A DNA stretch of 64,000 bases from Flavobacteriales bacterium (lineage in GTDB: Bacteria > Bacteroidota > Bacteroidia > Flavobacteriales > Flavobacteriaceae). The position numbers were made by a program, and so were the translations under genes. Below the pieces are notes generated by a model. The model was given only the letters and a program-made list of their open reading frames with translations, made no database searches and was not told where the DNA came from. Each line of letters opens with the position of its first letter. Positions within the stretch are counted from its first letter, which is position 1. The stretch covers positions 28,777-92,776 of the forward strand of contig JALWTX010000015.1 in assembly GCA_026993355.1 (NCBI GenBank). Direction: 5' to 3'. This document shows positions 40,652-51,035 of the stretch, one piece after another.

Positions 40652-40680
40652 AAAACCTGCTCTAATGAGTGGGTTTTTTT
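40652..40680. terminator. Bidirectional terminator between the ACAD gene and miaA
   Basis: A-run, then stem CCTGCTC / GAGTGGG (loop TAAT), then T7. Confidence 0.65.
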
Positions 40681-41578
40681 ATGGTATATCAGCAATATAT
40701 TTAATGATTTCATCCAATTGGTAGTTGACATCAAACCATTTTATAGCCTGATTTTTTCTAAACCATGTTAATTGTCTTTTGGCAAATCGCCGGGTGTTTT
40801 TTTTAATTTCGGATATGGCAAAATCCAAATCCCATTCTCCTTCAAAATATTTGAACAATTCTTTATAACCAACGGTATTTAATGCATTTAAATCTTTATG
40901 TGGATATAAGTGCCTTGCTTCATTTAGCAAACCCTTTTCCATCATTATATCTACCCGTTTATTAATTCTATCGTACAATTTGGCTCTTTCGGTGTTTAAG
41001 CCTATATAAATAATATCGAAAGGACGGACTAAGGTTTGTTGCTGAAGCTCTTTCATTTTTTTGCCATCAGATTGTTGTAAAATTTCAATAGCTCTAATTA
41101 ATCGATGTGGATTGTGAATATCGATACGTGCAAAATAATCAGCATCTAATTTTTTTAAAATTGTTTGTAAAGCAGCTATACCTTTTTCTTTTAAAAGTTT
41201 TTGGAGTTCTGCTCTAATTGTTTCATTTTTAGGGGGCAACTTGTCTAAACCCTTACAAGCAGCATCAAGATATAATCCACTGCCACCAACTAAAATTAAA
41301 GTTTTATATTGTTGGAATAAAGCCTTGCTTTTAGTCAAAAATTCTTTTTCAAAATCGCCAACATTATAATCTTCGAAAATGCTTTTATGTTGAATAAAAT
41401 GATGGGGCGCTGCAGCCAATTCTTCCGGTTCAGGTACTGCTGTTCCAATGGACATTTCTTTATAAAATTGGCGTGAATCAGCCGATAAGATTTCTGTATG
41501 TAACTTTTGCGCTAAGGATACAGCCAAACCGGTTTTACCCGAAGCAGTTGGGCCACCTATAACAATGAGTCTTTTCAT
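40679..41578 (-). CDS. miaA: tRNA dimethylallyltransferase
   Basis: P-loop GPTASGKT and the IPP transferase pattern. Confidence 0.95.
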   Translation of the reverse strand: MKRLIVIGGPTASGKTGLAVSLAQKLHTEILSADSRQFYKEMSIGTAVPEPEELAAAPHHFIQHKSIFEDYNVGDFEKEFLTKSKALFQQYKTLILVGGSGLYLDAACKGLDKLPPKNETIRAELQKLLKEKGIAALQTILKKLDADYFARIDIHNPHRLIRAIEILQQSDGKKMKELQQQTLVRPFDIIYIGLNTERAKLYDRINKRVDIMMEKGLLNEARHLYPHKDLNALNTVGYKELFKYFEGEWDLDFAISEIKKNTRRFAKRQLTWFRKNQAIKWFDVNYQLDEIIKYIADIP

Positions 41579-42673
41579 TTAATCAGCTAGTCTAATTATT
41601 TTTTCTAATTTGTATTTATGCATATGTTCTTGAACAATTTGTCTCACTGAAGGATGATCATCAATGGGGGTCAAGCGCTGCTTAATGACAGCTGGATTAT
41701 GGTTTTGCCATTCTAAATCATAAAAACCATAACCGATAATTTTTTGATTTTCAATGTAAATAATAGATTTTTCACCGGTATGATGTCCTTTATCAATCAG
41801 CATCATATGACTATTTGAAAATTGGTGGTTATTAGCAGTTAATTTTTTCTTGGTACATGGAGTAAATGGCGGATTTTCTTTGTATCGATAATGCCATGCC
41901 ATTACTTTACCGATAAGACTACCTTGTAAAATTTCGTAATCCACTTTGTTAATTTGTTGTTGCAAGTCTTTGGCAAGCGGTTTGTCTTTTATGTAGATGT
42001 TATTTACTTTTTGTTTAATATTCCTGGTATAATACACCCCAATTAACCGGTCGTATTTGTTGTATAAATAAAGCAATCCCTTTTTTGGTGGCAATTCATC
42101 TATGGTTTTGAGCACATTTTTTCTGACTTTTTTTAAGGGTTTTAAGTCAGGTGTTTCAATCCGGTCAATAAGGTTGCGTTGTTTGTTTAAAATCATTTTA
42201 AACAATTCGACGGTTGCCAATGCATCTCCTGAGGCTCTGTGACGATTAGTTACTGGTATATGCAAGGTTTTGCAAAGTTTCCCCAAACTGTATGATTCTT
42301 GTCGCGGAAAAAGTTCTTTGCTCAATTTCACCGTGCATAAAGTAGGACGTTCATAATTGTAGCCAAGTCTTTCAAATTCTTTTTTAAGCACGCGATAGTC
42401 AAAAGAGGCATTATGTGCTACAATAACAGCATCATGGGTAATTTCGATAACTTGTTTGGCTATCTCATAAAACTTTGGGGCACGGCGCAACATTTTATTG
42501 TTGATGCCCGTCAATTTTTGTACATACCAATGTATGGGACGTTCCGGGTTGACCAAACTAATGAGCTGATCGGTAATTTCGTTGCCATCAAATATATAAA
42601 TGGCTATTTCTGTTATGGCTTCATCGGCCGGTTTACCGCCGGTAGTTTCCAAATCTACAATGGCATATTTCAT
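41579..42673 (-). CDS. DnaQ-like 3'-5' exonuclease fused to a degenerate GIY-YIG-like (Cho/UvrC N-terminal-like) region
   Basis: DEDDh motifs IVDLETTG, VAHNASFDYRVL and HRASGDALATVELF. The downstream segment LPPKKGLLYLYNKYDRLIGVYYTRNIKQKV resembles LPxxPGVYxF...IYVGKAKNLRxRV. Confidence 0.75.
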   Translation of the reverse strand: MKYAIVDLETTGGKPADEAITEIAIYIFDGNEITDQLISLVNPERPIHWYVQKLTGINNKMLRRAPKFYEIAKQVIEITHDAVIVAHNASFDYRVLKKEFERLGYNYERPTLCTVKLSKELFPRQESYSLGKLCKTLHIPVTNRHRASGDALATVELFKMILNKQRNLIDRIETPDLKPLKKVRKNVLKTIDELPPKKGLLYLYNKYDRLIGVYYTRNIKQKVNNIYIKDKPLAKDLQQQINKVDYEILQGSLIGKVMAWHYRYKENPPFTPCTKKKLTANNHQFSNSHMMLIDKGHHTGEKSIIYIENQKIIGYGFYDLEWQNHNPAVIKQRLTPIDDHPSVRQIVQEHMHKYKLEKIIRLAD

Positions 42674-42682
42674 AGCAATTAT

Positions 42683-44038
42683 TTAAAACCTGACGCCTGC
42701 TTTTTCCAGGCGTTCTATTTCAGCTTTTTCTGCCAAACGCTTAGGAACTATAGGCCGGATAAGCGTTTGTCCTTTTCGTTTTTTTAAAAAAGGATAAAAA
42801 TCTATGGCAGGTATTTCTTCATTTTGATTAATGTATTTATTGGTCCCGACCAGAACTATTTCGCCGTTGCTGTATTTTTTGTCTTGCTTTTCGGCTGACG
42901 CGGAAATTTTTCTTTGAATTTGTCCTTTGTACAATTGCGCCAAAAAACCGCCTGATTTTTCAAGTGTTTTAAACAAATTTAAAGCTTGTTCAGATAATTT
43001 ATATATATTTTCTTCTAAAAAGTAGTTTCCTGAAGTACTTCTCAATGCCTCATTAAAGTGTGCTTCGTTTTTTAGTATAATCAACTGATTGCGGGCCAAA
43101 CGTTCGCTAAATTCATTACTTTTTTTGTAAGTGACATCAAAGGGTATATTAGCGACAAAATCTGCGCCGCCTAATATGGCACTCATTATTTCCATGCCGG
43201 TTCTTAATAAATTGACATAGGGATCAAAAATAGTTTTATTACGAAGGGCAGGCCGGGCATAAACTAAGGGAATTTGAGGATTTTGATAGCTGGTACTAAT
43301 AATTTGCCATAAGTTTTTTAAGACTTTAATTTTAATAATCTCAAAAAAGTAGTGGCTGCCTTGTGCCATTGAAAATTGAATTTGTGGTAATATTCCCTCA
43401 CCTAATTTTTCGATGTATTCTACGGCATGTGATAAGCCGTAGGCTATTTCTTGTGTTATATTGGCACCGGCATTTTTATAATGCTCGGTTCGTATATCAA
43501 TATGTAAAAATTTTTCGGATACTTTATCTTTTAAAACTTTCAGATTGTCAAAATCTTTTTGTTCATTGTCGAACCAATTGCCATAGCGGGCAAAATGTCC
43601 CAGCGGGTCTATAAGCAAACGGCTTTTTTCTTGGGTTTTTTTAGCTAGATTTACTAAAAAATCAACTTGAAGCATATCGGCTTTAAAAATAAGCTTATTG
43701 AGATCCAAATTTTTTATTAATTTATCGATATCAAAAGGCTTATCTACATAAAAGGTAAAAAAATCAGCGCCTTTTTTTAAAGCGTTTAAGGCAATTTTAT
43801 TGGCGATGCTTTCATCGCTTAAGTTCAGTTCTTGAACAATGTGAAATTGGTCATTAAAAGTTTGTTCTGAAGGGATATAGGTGTCATAGTGATAAAATGG
43901 CTTAATATCTACACCTTCCAAAGTTTTGGTAATTAAACTTTGGTAATCGGTCCCTTTTAAATCGGCTTGTATTTTAAGCTTCCATTCTTGTGAACTAACT
44001 TTTTTAAAATCTTGAAATAGTGAATTTTTTACACCCAT
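42683..44038 (-). CDS. Methylmalonyl-CoA mutase small-subunit-like protein (MutA-like, short form)
   Basis: The N-terminal pattern FKKVSSQEWKLKIQADLKG...TLEGVDIKPFY and the overall TIM-barrel-like region resemble the MCM beta subunit. Recognised by eye only. Confidence 0.55.
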   Translation of the reverse strand: MGVKNSLFQDFKKVSSQEWKLKIQADLKGTDYQSLITKTLEGVDIKPFYHYDTYIPSEQTFNDQFHIVQELNLSDESIANKIALNALKKGADFFTFYVDKPFDIDKLIKNLDLNKLIFKADMLQVDFLVNLAKKTQEKSRLLIDPLGHFARYGNWFDNEQKDFDNLKVLKDKVSEKFLHIDIRTEHYKNAGANITQEIAYGLSHAVEYIEKLGEGILPQIQFSMAQGSHYFFEIIKIKVLKNLWQIISTSYQNPQIPLVYARPALRNKTIFDPYVNLLRTGMEIMSAILGGADFVANIPFDVTYKKSNEFSERLARNQLIILKNEAHFNEALRSTSGNYFLEENIYKLSEQALNLFKTLEKSGGFLAQLYKGQIQRKISASAEKQDKKYSNGEIVLVGTNKYINQNEEIPAIDFYPFLKKRKGQTLIRPIVPKRLAEKAEIERLEKAGVRF

Positions 44039-44065
44039 TATTTGTTTTTATTTAGCTATTTGTTT

Positions 44066-44356
44066 TTATTTAGCCGTTTCTATAATATAAATATCTTCGC
44101 CTTCTTTTTTTAACAATAGTTTTTCGCGTACATATTTTTGCAACTTTTGGTCATCTTTCAAATCTTTGAGGGTTTGTTTTTGTTTTTTAATACTTTCCAG
44201 ATAAAAAGCTTTTTTTTCTTCAAGTTTTTCTATTTGATGGTTCAAATTTCGTAAATAAAGCAGAGAATTATCGTCGATAAAAATAATCCAGATCAAAAAA
44301 AAGAGGATGGCAATTATAAACCGATTAGTCAAAAATTTGAATGGAGCCCATTTCAT
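44066..44356 (-). CDS. ftsB: Septum formation initiator (FtsB/DivIC family)
   Basis: One TM helix plus a coiled coil, 96 aa, abutting udk. Confidence 0.6.
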   Translation of the reverse strand: MKWAPFKFLTNRFIIAILFFLIWIIFIDDNSLLYLRNLNHQIEKLEEKKAFYLESIKKQKQTLKDLKDDQKLQKYVREKLLLKKEGEDIYIIETAK

Positions 44357-44962
44357 TTAAATATTGTTTTTGATTAAACTGACAATTACATCTATAGCCA
44401 CTTTGTTGCGGCGGTCATTGGGGATTATGAGATCGGCGTGTGCTTTGGTAGGTTCAATAAACTGTTCGTGCATTGGCTTTAAAGTGGTCTGATACCGGTT
44501 TAAAACTTCGTTGACGGTACGGCCACGTTCATTAATATCACGACGTACCCGTCGAATAAGGCGCTCATCAGAATCGGCATGGACAAATATTTTGACATCA
44601 AACAAGTCTCTTAAGCGTTTGTCGTTAAAAATGAGAATGCCTTCTACAATCATTACTTTGCGCGGATGTGTAACTACCGTATCTCCAGTACGGGTATGCT
44701 GTACAAATGAATAAATGGGTTGTTCAATAGTTTCGCCTTTTTTTAACTTGGTCAGGTGGTCATAGAGTAAATCAAAATCAATGGCGCGCGGATGGTCAAA
44801 ATTTATTTTGGCGCGTTCTTCCAATGACAAGTGTTTGTTGTCTTTGTAATAGGAATCTTGAGAAATTATACCGACGTCTTCATTGCCAAATTCTTTTACA
44901 ATTTGATTAACAACCGTTGTTTTTCCGCTACCGGTTCCTCCGGCAATCCCAATAATTAGCAT
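44357..44962 (-). CDS. udk: Uridine kinase
   Basis: P-loop GGTGSGKTT, plus DSYYKD and the conserved C-terminal pattern. Confidence 0.95.
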   Translation of the reverse strand: MLIIGIAGGTGSGKTTVVNQIVKEFGNEDVGIISQDSYYKDNKHLSLEERAKINFDHPRAIDFDLLYDHLTKLKKGETIEQPIYSFVQHTRTGDTVVTHPRKVMIVEGILIFNDKRLRDLFDVKIFVHADSDERLIRRVRRDINERGRTVNEVLNRYQTTLKPMHEQFIEPTKAHADLIIPNDRRNKVAIDVIVSLIKNNI

Positions 44963-45126
44963 AGATATATATTTTTTGGTAAAATTACATTTTTTTGATG
45001 AGATATAAAAAATGAATGTGCAGTTAAATTAAGGTTTTTTTGTAGATTGATATGCTTATGTTATTAATGTAATATGTTGAAACACAGCGGATAAATATTG
45101 TAATGATTCATCTCGGTGTGGTCAAA

Positions 45127-45579
45127 TTATTTTAATATTCGCCGGGCTTTAACATATGAGCGTTGCCAGTATTTTAAGTTTAATGATGACTTAGTTACGC
45201 CCTTGGAGGTCGATGCGTGGATAAAATAGCCATTATTCATATAAATACCGACATGATAATATTTACGGCTGGTATGGAAAAAGACCAGATCGCCTGTTTT
45301 TAAATTATTTTTTCTGACCGCTTTACCCGTTTTCATCATCGCTTTGGTAGTACGTGGCAAAGTTAAATTAAATGCTTCTTTATAAACCCGTTGTACAAAA
45401 CCCGAACAATCAAAACCACGAGCTGATGTACCGCCATATCTATATTTAACCCCTTTATAATGACGATATATTTTTTCTAATTTTCTTTGTGTATTTGCCT
45501 TAGATGCTAAGTTTTGAGATGATTTACATGCAGTGAAAAGTGAAGAAAGCAGTATGATAAAAAGTAATTTTTTTGCCAT
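45127..45579 (-). CDS. NlpC/P60 (C40) peptidoglycan endopeptidase lipoprotein
   Basis: Lipobox LFTAC. Catalytic Cys in GFDCSGFV and His in HVGIY. Confidence 0.9.
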   Translation of the reverse strand: MAKKLLFIILLSSLFTACKSSQNLASKANTQRKLEKIYRHYKGVKYRYGGTSARGFDCSGFVQRVYKEAFNLTLPRTTKAMMKTGKAVRKNNLKTGDLVFFHTSRKYYHVGIYMNNGYFIHASTSKGVTKSSLNLKYWQRSYVKARRILK

Positions 45580-45582
45580 TTA

Positions 45583-46110
45583 TTAATTTAAGTTAAGGTG
45601 TAAATATAATTTTTCAAGGGCTTGGTCAAAATTTTCTTGTGCTATATTTATTTTTAAGTCGGCATTTTGTTCATAAACGGCTTGCCGCGAAATAAATAAG
45701 GCATTGATATAGGCCGCCAAATCTTGTTCCGGAATAGTTTGGATCAATGGGCGCTTATTTTTTTCTTTTTTTAGGCGTTCAATTAAAACAGGCACAGCCA
45801 CATTTAGGTATATTTTTTTATATTGTCGCAATGCCAATAATTGGCGGTTTGTGGGTTGTATAATGGTGCCGCCACCCAAGGACAAAACCACATTATCCAA
45901 GTTTTTTTTAATAAAATCTTTTAATGTTTGGTGTTCAATTTTTCTAAAACCTATTTCACCTTTTTCTTTAAAAATCTGTGCGATACTTTGACCGGTATTT
46001 TGTTCAATAGCTTCATCCAAATCGATAAAACTATAGCCTAAACGCCGTGCTAATGCTTTGCCTAAAGCCGATTTGCCGGCACCCATAAATCCATATAATG
46101 CAAGACGCAT
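45583..46110 (-). CDS. aroK: Shikimate kinase
   Basis: P-loop GFMGAGKS and LGGG. Confidence 0.9.
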   Translation of the reverse strand: MRLALYGFMGAGKSALGKALARRLGYSFIDLDEAIEQNTGQSIAQIFKEKGEIGFRKIEHQTLKDFIKKNLDNVVLSLGGGTIIQPTNRQLLALRQYKKIYLNVAVPVLIERLKKEKNKRPLIQTIPEQDLAAYINALFISRQAVYEQNADLKINIAQENFDQALEKLYLHLNLN

Positions 46111-46208
46111 ATTTATTATAATTTTAAAAACAAAGATAGGTTTTTTAACTTGAAAGTGAAATTTGAAAATTCCTTCTCAAAAAATTTTATCTTTACCAAA
46201 AAACCAAG

Positions 46209-48494
46209 ATGAAACAAGGTATTTTACTTTTCCTTCTTTTTCCTTTTTTATTGACAGCTCAAAGGCCTAAAAATTATGACCTTTTGAATTTGAAAGCTAA
46301 CATAACTATTTTCCCTTACCAAAAAGAGGTCAAAGGGCAATTACAATATACGTTAAAGCTGCTTAAATATACAGATAGTATTGTGTTTGATGCGCCCGGT
46401 ATTAATACAATTAAGGTCACAAACGGATGCATTAAATTACCTTTTAAACAAACCGGGAAATATCTTATTATTTATAAAAAGTTTAAACCTGAAAAAAAAT
46501 ATAAATTAAAATTGGCCTATGTGGCCCATCCCAAACAAGCGATGTATTTTACCGGTTGGCACGAAGGAGGCCGTAAACAAGTTTGGACACAAGGACAAGG
46601 CAAAGATAATACCCATTGGTTACCCGGTAATGCCAATCAGAATGATAAATTTACGTGGACATTACAAGTGAATTTTGATAAAAATTACCGTGTTATTTCA
46701 AATGGGACCTTGATAAAGAAGAAAACTTATCATGATTCATTAGTATCTTATGTGTTCCGGCAGGACTTGCCGGCGCCTAATTATCTTATTTTTATAGGAG
46801 CAGGTAAATATGTTGAAAGTAAAATTGATACAAAACAAAAAACGCCGGTTTTCAATTATCAATATCCCGATAAATTGCTGCATGACAAAACTTACTATAA
46901 AACGGCATTTATTTTCGACCGCTTGGTCAAAGAAATTGGGGTTAAATACCCGTGGAAAAATTATAAGCAAGTGCCTTGCCGTGATTTTTTATATGGTGGT
47001 ATGGAAAATGTATCGGCTACCAGTTTTAATGGTGACCGGTATGTCGTGGATTCCATCGCTTTTAATGATGTTAATTTTGTCAATGTCAGTGCGCATGAAT
47101 TAGCCCACCAATGGTTTGGTGACTTGGTGACGGGTAAATCTTCTGCTGACCATTGGTTGCACGAAGGTTTTGCGACTTATTATGCACGCCGCATAGACCG
47201 CCAAATTTTTGGCGAAAGTTATACCCAATACAGGACTTATCTTTATGACCGCCAAATTATTTCCGGACAAAATACCGATACGATTCCGTTGCACCGGCCT
47301 AATGCGAGCAGTTTGACTTATTATCAAAAAGGCGCGCGTATTCTCGAGATGATACGCTATAAAATAGGAGATAGTTTGTTTAACCGTACTATAAAAACTT
47401 ACTTACGGAACTTTGCATTTAAAAATGCAGACATTCATGATTTTAAAAAAATATTAGAAAGGACATCGCGGCAAAATTTTGATCGTTTTTTTAATATCTG
47501 GTTTGAACATACCACTATTCCTTCATTTGAATTACGCCAGAAAGATGATAGCATTATTTTCAAAAAAAATTCCCATCATTTGCCGCTTGATTTTTTAATT
47601 ATAACCAAGCATAATAAGTTTATTGTTAAACACAAACAAAATTTTAAAATAAAAAATTTAAACACAATTTTGACCATTATTCCCAATCCGGGCAATTATA
47701 ATCTGTATGATATTAAATTTACCAGAAGTAAAAAATGGCTAAAAAATCAAATTTTGTACAGCCCTGATTTTATAGACCGGTACACCGCGTTGTTACAAGC
47801 TAACAAATGGTCCGAAAAAGAAAAAGATACCTTGTATGGTGCATTGATAAAACGACAAGATTATTTTCCGGTTTATGCTGTTATAATTAACCAAATTAAA
47901 AAGACATTAACTGACCAGCATTTAGCTTTTTTGCAATTGCTTTTTAAAAAAGATTTAAAAACGAGACAACAAATTGCCATCCAACTAAGTCAAATACCAC
48001 CTCAACTTAAAAAGCCTTATTTTTCATTGATAGATGATGCGTCCTACCAAACCAAACAAGCAGTTTTATGGCATTATTGGCAAAATTTTCCTGCAGAACG
48101 TTCATTTTTATTAGACTATACAAAAAAAATAAAAGGTAGTAATGATTATTCCTTTAGACTGACATGGTTGTCCTTGGCTTTACTGACGCAAGACTATCGG
48201 AATAATCAAAAGTCAATGATCGTCAGAGAACTGATCAATTATACTTCGCCATCATACAATATGCAGGTGCGTTTAAATGCCTTTAAAATGCTGATGGAAT
48301 TAAAATTGATTAATGAAACAGTGGTTCAAAATCTTATACAGGCTGCTTTTCATTTCAATTGGCGTTTACACAGTATTGCCCGGCAATATTTAAAAACTTT
48401 ATATCAATTACCTGCTTATAGGTCTTTTATTGAAAACAGTCTTCAAAACTTACCCGCTTCTCGTAAAAGAATTCTTATAAAAAGCTTAGTATAA
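46209..48494 (+). CDS. M1 family metallopeptidase (aminopeptidase N-like)
   Basis: GGMEN exopeptidase motif and HELAHQWFGD-x18-E zinc site. Signal peptide present. Confidence 0.9.
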   Translation: MKQGILLFLLFPFLLTAQRPKNYDLLNLKANITIFPYQKEVKGQLQYTLKLLKYTDSIVFDAPGINTIKVTNGCIKLPFKQTGKYLIIYKKFKPEKKYKLKLAYVAHPKQAMYFTGWHEGGRKQVWTQGQGKDNTHWLPGNANQNDKFTWTLQVNFDKNYRVISNGTLIKKKTYHDSLVSYVFRQDLPAPNYLIFIGAGKYVESKIDTKQKTPVFNYQYPDKLLHDKTYYKTAFIFDRLVKEIGVKYPWKNYKQVPCRDFLYGGMENVSATSFNGDRYVVDSIAFNDVNFVNVSAHELAHQWFGDLVTGKSSADHWLHEGFATYYARRIDRQIFGESYTQYRTYLYDRQIISGQNTDTIPLHRPNASSLTYYQKGARILEMIRYKIGDSLFNRTIKTYLRNFAFKNADIHDFKKILERTSRQNFDRFFNIWFEHTTIPSFELRQKDDSIIFKKNSHHLPLDFLIITKHNKFIVKHKQNFKIKNLNTILTIIPNPGNYNLYDIKFTRSKKWLKNQILYSPDFIDRYTALLQANKWSEKEKDTLYGALIKRQDYFPVYAVIINQIKKTLTDQHLAFLQLLFKKDLKTRQQIAIQLSQIPPQLKKPYFSLIDDASYQTKQAVLWHYWQNFPAERSFLLDYTKKIKGSNDYSFRLTWLSLALLTQDYRNNQKSMIVRELINYTSPSYNMQVRLNAFKMLMELKLINETVVQNLIQAAFHFNWRLHSIARQYLKTLYQLPAYRSFIENSLQNLPASRKRILIKSLV

Positions 48495-48590
48495 GTCTGG
48501 GTTTAAAATAAAAATACAAGCAGTATATTTATATGGGAATCGATTTAATTTATTAATTTTACAGGTCTAAACCCCTAAGTTTTCATTTTT

Positions 48591-51029
48591 ATGAATTTTA
48601 AGAAAATAGGCCCCCATTTATTTAGCATTATTATCTTTATTGTTATTTCATTTATCTATTTTAGTCCTGTTTTACAAGGTAAAGTGCTGAATCAAAGCGA
48701 CCTTATCCAAGCCAAAGGTATGGAGCACGAGCGTGAAATATACAAACAAAAAGAAGGTCACGAAATTTATTGGACGGATGCTGCCTTTGGCGGTATGCCG
48801 ATCTATTTATTAGGGGCTTCATTTCCGCATGATTATACGCTGAAACTTCATAAGATTTTAAATTTTTTACCACGTCCGGTCAATTTCCTCTTTTTATATT
48901 TTTTAAGTTTTTATATTTTAATGTTGGTCATGAAAGTCGATTGGAAATTAGCTCTTTTGGGTAGTTTGGCTTTTGGTTTTTCGACCTATTACATTATAAT
49001 TATTGGTGTAGGACACCTGGCCAAAGTCAGGGCTATTGCTTATTTTCCTTTGGTTATTGCCGGTATCTTGCTGGTATTTGAGCGTAAAAAATATGTTTGG
49101 GGTTTTATTCTCACAACCTTGGCGGTAGCTTTAGAGCTCAATACCAAGCATTACCAAATGACATATTATTTATTATTTGCCGTGCTTATATTGGGCTTAT
49201 TTTGGTTGATAGATGCTTATAAAGAGAAAAAAATCAAGCAATTTTTACAGGAATTGGCCATCTTATTAGTTGCGGCTATTTTAGCTCTGGGAATGAATGC
49301 CAATAATATTTTACCCGCCAAAGAATATGTCAAATACAGTATCAGAGGGCAAAATATTTTAAGTATTAATCCGGATGGTTCGGCTAAAAAAAACCAACAA
49401 AATGGCTTAAGTAAGGACTATATAACCGAATACAGTTATGGTATTGCCGAAACTTTTAATTGGTTAGTACCTCGTTTTATGGGCGGGAGTAATGCTGAAA
49501 ATCTTGGCGAAAATTCACATTTATACCAAGCATTGAAAGGAAAAACGGATACACGTACCGCCAAACAATTTGTTTCGCATGTCAGTACTTATTGGGGAAA
49601 ACAACCCATAGTCGCTGCACCGGCTTATATAGGTGCTGTCGTTTTATTTTTGGCATTAATTAGTTTGTTGTTTTACCGTGGTAAACATAAAAAATGGTTG
49701 TGGACCACCATTCTTTTAGCTTTACTCTTATCATGGGGTAAAAATTTCAATCTATTGACCGACTTTTTTATTCATTATATCCCTTTTTATGACAAATTTA
49801 GAGCTGTATCTTCCATTCAAGTTTTGGCCGAATTTTTAATACCTGTTTTAGCAGTTTTAGGCTTATATAGTTTTTACAGCTCCGATTTACCACCTGCCCA
49901 AAGCCAAAAAAAATTAGGAACAGCCGTTGCTATTTTGGGTGGTTTGTTATTGCTTTTTATCCTTATGGGAGGCAATATGTTCACCTTTGAAAGTCCTATG
50001 GATAGTTATTATGCCAAATATGGTTTGCTTGATGCCTTTATAGCGGACCGTAAAGCAATGCTGGTACAAGACAGTTGGCGTTCTTTGATTCTGATTTTAT
50101 TGACAGCAGGCGTTTTATTTTTGGTTTTAAAACGGAAATTATCTAATAAAATAGCGACTGCATTACTTATTTTATTGGTCTTATTCGATTTAGCCGGCGT
50201 TGACAAACGCTATGTCAATCAAGACAATTTTATCGACCCGGTACAATTGGATCGTTTTTTCAAACCGTCTCCGGTGGATCAAGTCATTTTAAAAGATACA
50301 ACCAATTACAGAGTGCTGAATTTGACCCGGAACCCTTTGACAGATGGTTTAACGTCTTATTTTCATAAACAATTAGGTGGATATCATGCCGCTAAACCAC
50401 GTCGTATTCAAGATTTGTTTGATTTTTATTTATCCAAAAACATCAATCCCGAAATTTTGAATATGTACAACGTAAAATACATAATTGCCCCGGGGCAACA
50501 AGGGCAGACCGGTGTTCAAATAAACGATGCTGCCAATGGCAATGCATGGTTTGTGCAAAATCTTAAATTTGTGCCAGATGAAAATAGTGAAATAATATCA
50601 TTGAAGGCTATTTCAACTAAAAAAACGGCGGTTTTAAACCAATCCTACCAAGCAGAATTATCCACAGGCATAAGCAAGGATTCTACTGCACAAATTAAGT
50701 TGTTGCATTATCATCCTGAAAAGTTGGTTTATCAGAGTCAAAATAAGCAGCCGGGTTTTGCAGTTTTCTCCGAAAATTACTATAAAAACGGTTGGGAAGC
50801 TTTTGTTGATGACAAACCAGCTAAAATCTATAAAGTAGATTATAGTTTGCGCGGCTTAAAAATTCCGTCGGGAAGGCACCGCATTACTTTTGTTTTCCGT
50901 CCTGAAGTGGTTGTAAAAGGTGGAAAAATTGCCTTATGGAGTTGGGTGATTTTTGTAATTTTAACAATTATAGCCATTTATATATGGCAACGTAACCCAA
51001 ACAAAAATGTATCTTTGCAATCAAAATAG
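48591..51029 (+). CDS. YfhO family membrane glycosyltransferase (GT-C-like)
   Basis: 812 aa: many N-terminal TM helices, a large C-terminal extracytoplasmic domain and a final TM. The architecture and sequence feel are those of the YfhO family. Assigned by eye. Confidence 0.65.
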   Translation: MNFKKIGPHLFSIIIFIVISFIYFSPVLQGKVLNQSDLIQAKGMEHEREIYKQKEGHEIYWTDAAFGGMPIYLLGASFPHDYTLKLHKILNFLPRPVNFLFLYFLSFYILMLVMKVDWKLALLGSLAFGFSTYYIIIIGVGHLAKVRAIAYFPLVIAGILLVFERKKYVWGFILTTLAVALELNTKHYQMTYYLLFAVLILGLFWLIDAYKEKKIKQFLQELAILLVAAILALGMNANNILPAKEYVKYSIRGQNILSINPDGSAKKNQQNGLSKDYITEYSYGIAETFNWLVPRFMGGSNAENLGENSHLYQALKGKTDTRTAKQFVSHVSTYWGKQPIVAAPAYIGAVVLFLALISLLFYRGKHKKWLWTTILLALLLSWGKNFNLLTDFFIHYIPFYDKFRAVSSIQVLAEFLIPVLAVLGLYSFYSSDLPPAQSQKKLGTAVAILGGLLLLFILMGGNMFTFESPMDSYYAKYGLLDAFIADRKAMLVQDSWRSLILILLTAGVLFLVLKRKLSNKIATALLILLVLFDLAGVDKRYVNQDNFIDPVQLDRFFKPSPVDQVILKDTTNYRVLNLTRNPLTDGLTSYFHKQLGGYHAAKPRRIQDLFDFYLSKNINPEILNMYNVKYIIAPGQQGQTGVQINDAANGNAWFVQNLKFVPDENSEIISLKAISTKKTAVLNQSYQAELSTGISKDSTAQIKLLHYHPEKLVYQSQNKQPGFAVFSENYYKNGWEAFVDDKPAKIYKVDYSLRGLKIPSGRHRITFVFRPEVVVKGGKIALWSWVIFVILTIIAIYIWQRNPNKNVSLQSK

Positions 51030-51035
51030 AGAATT

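Noticed and set aside
44963-45126. A 164-nt intergenic region between udk and the NlpC/P60 gene, examined for an ncRNA or riboswitch.
   Set aside because: I could find no convincing conserved-looking helices, promoter box plus terminator pair, or known motif by eye.
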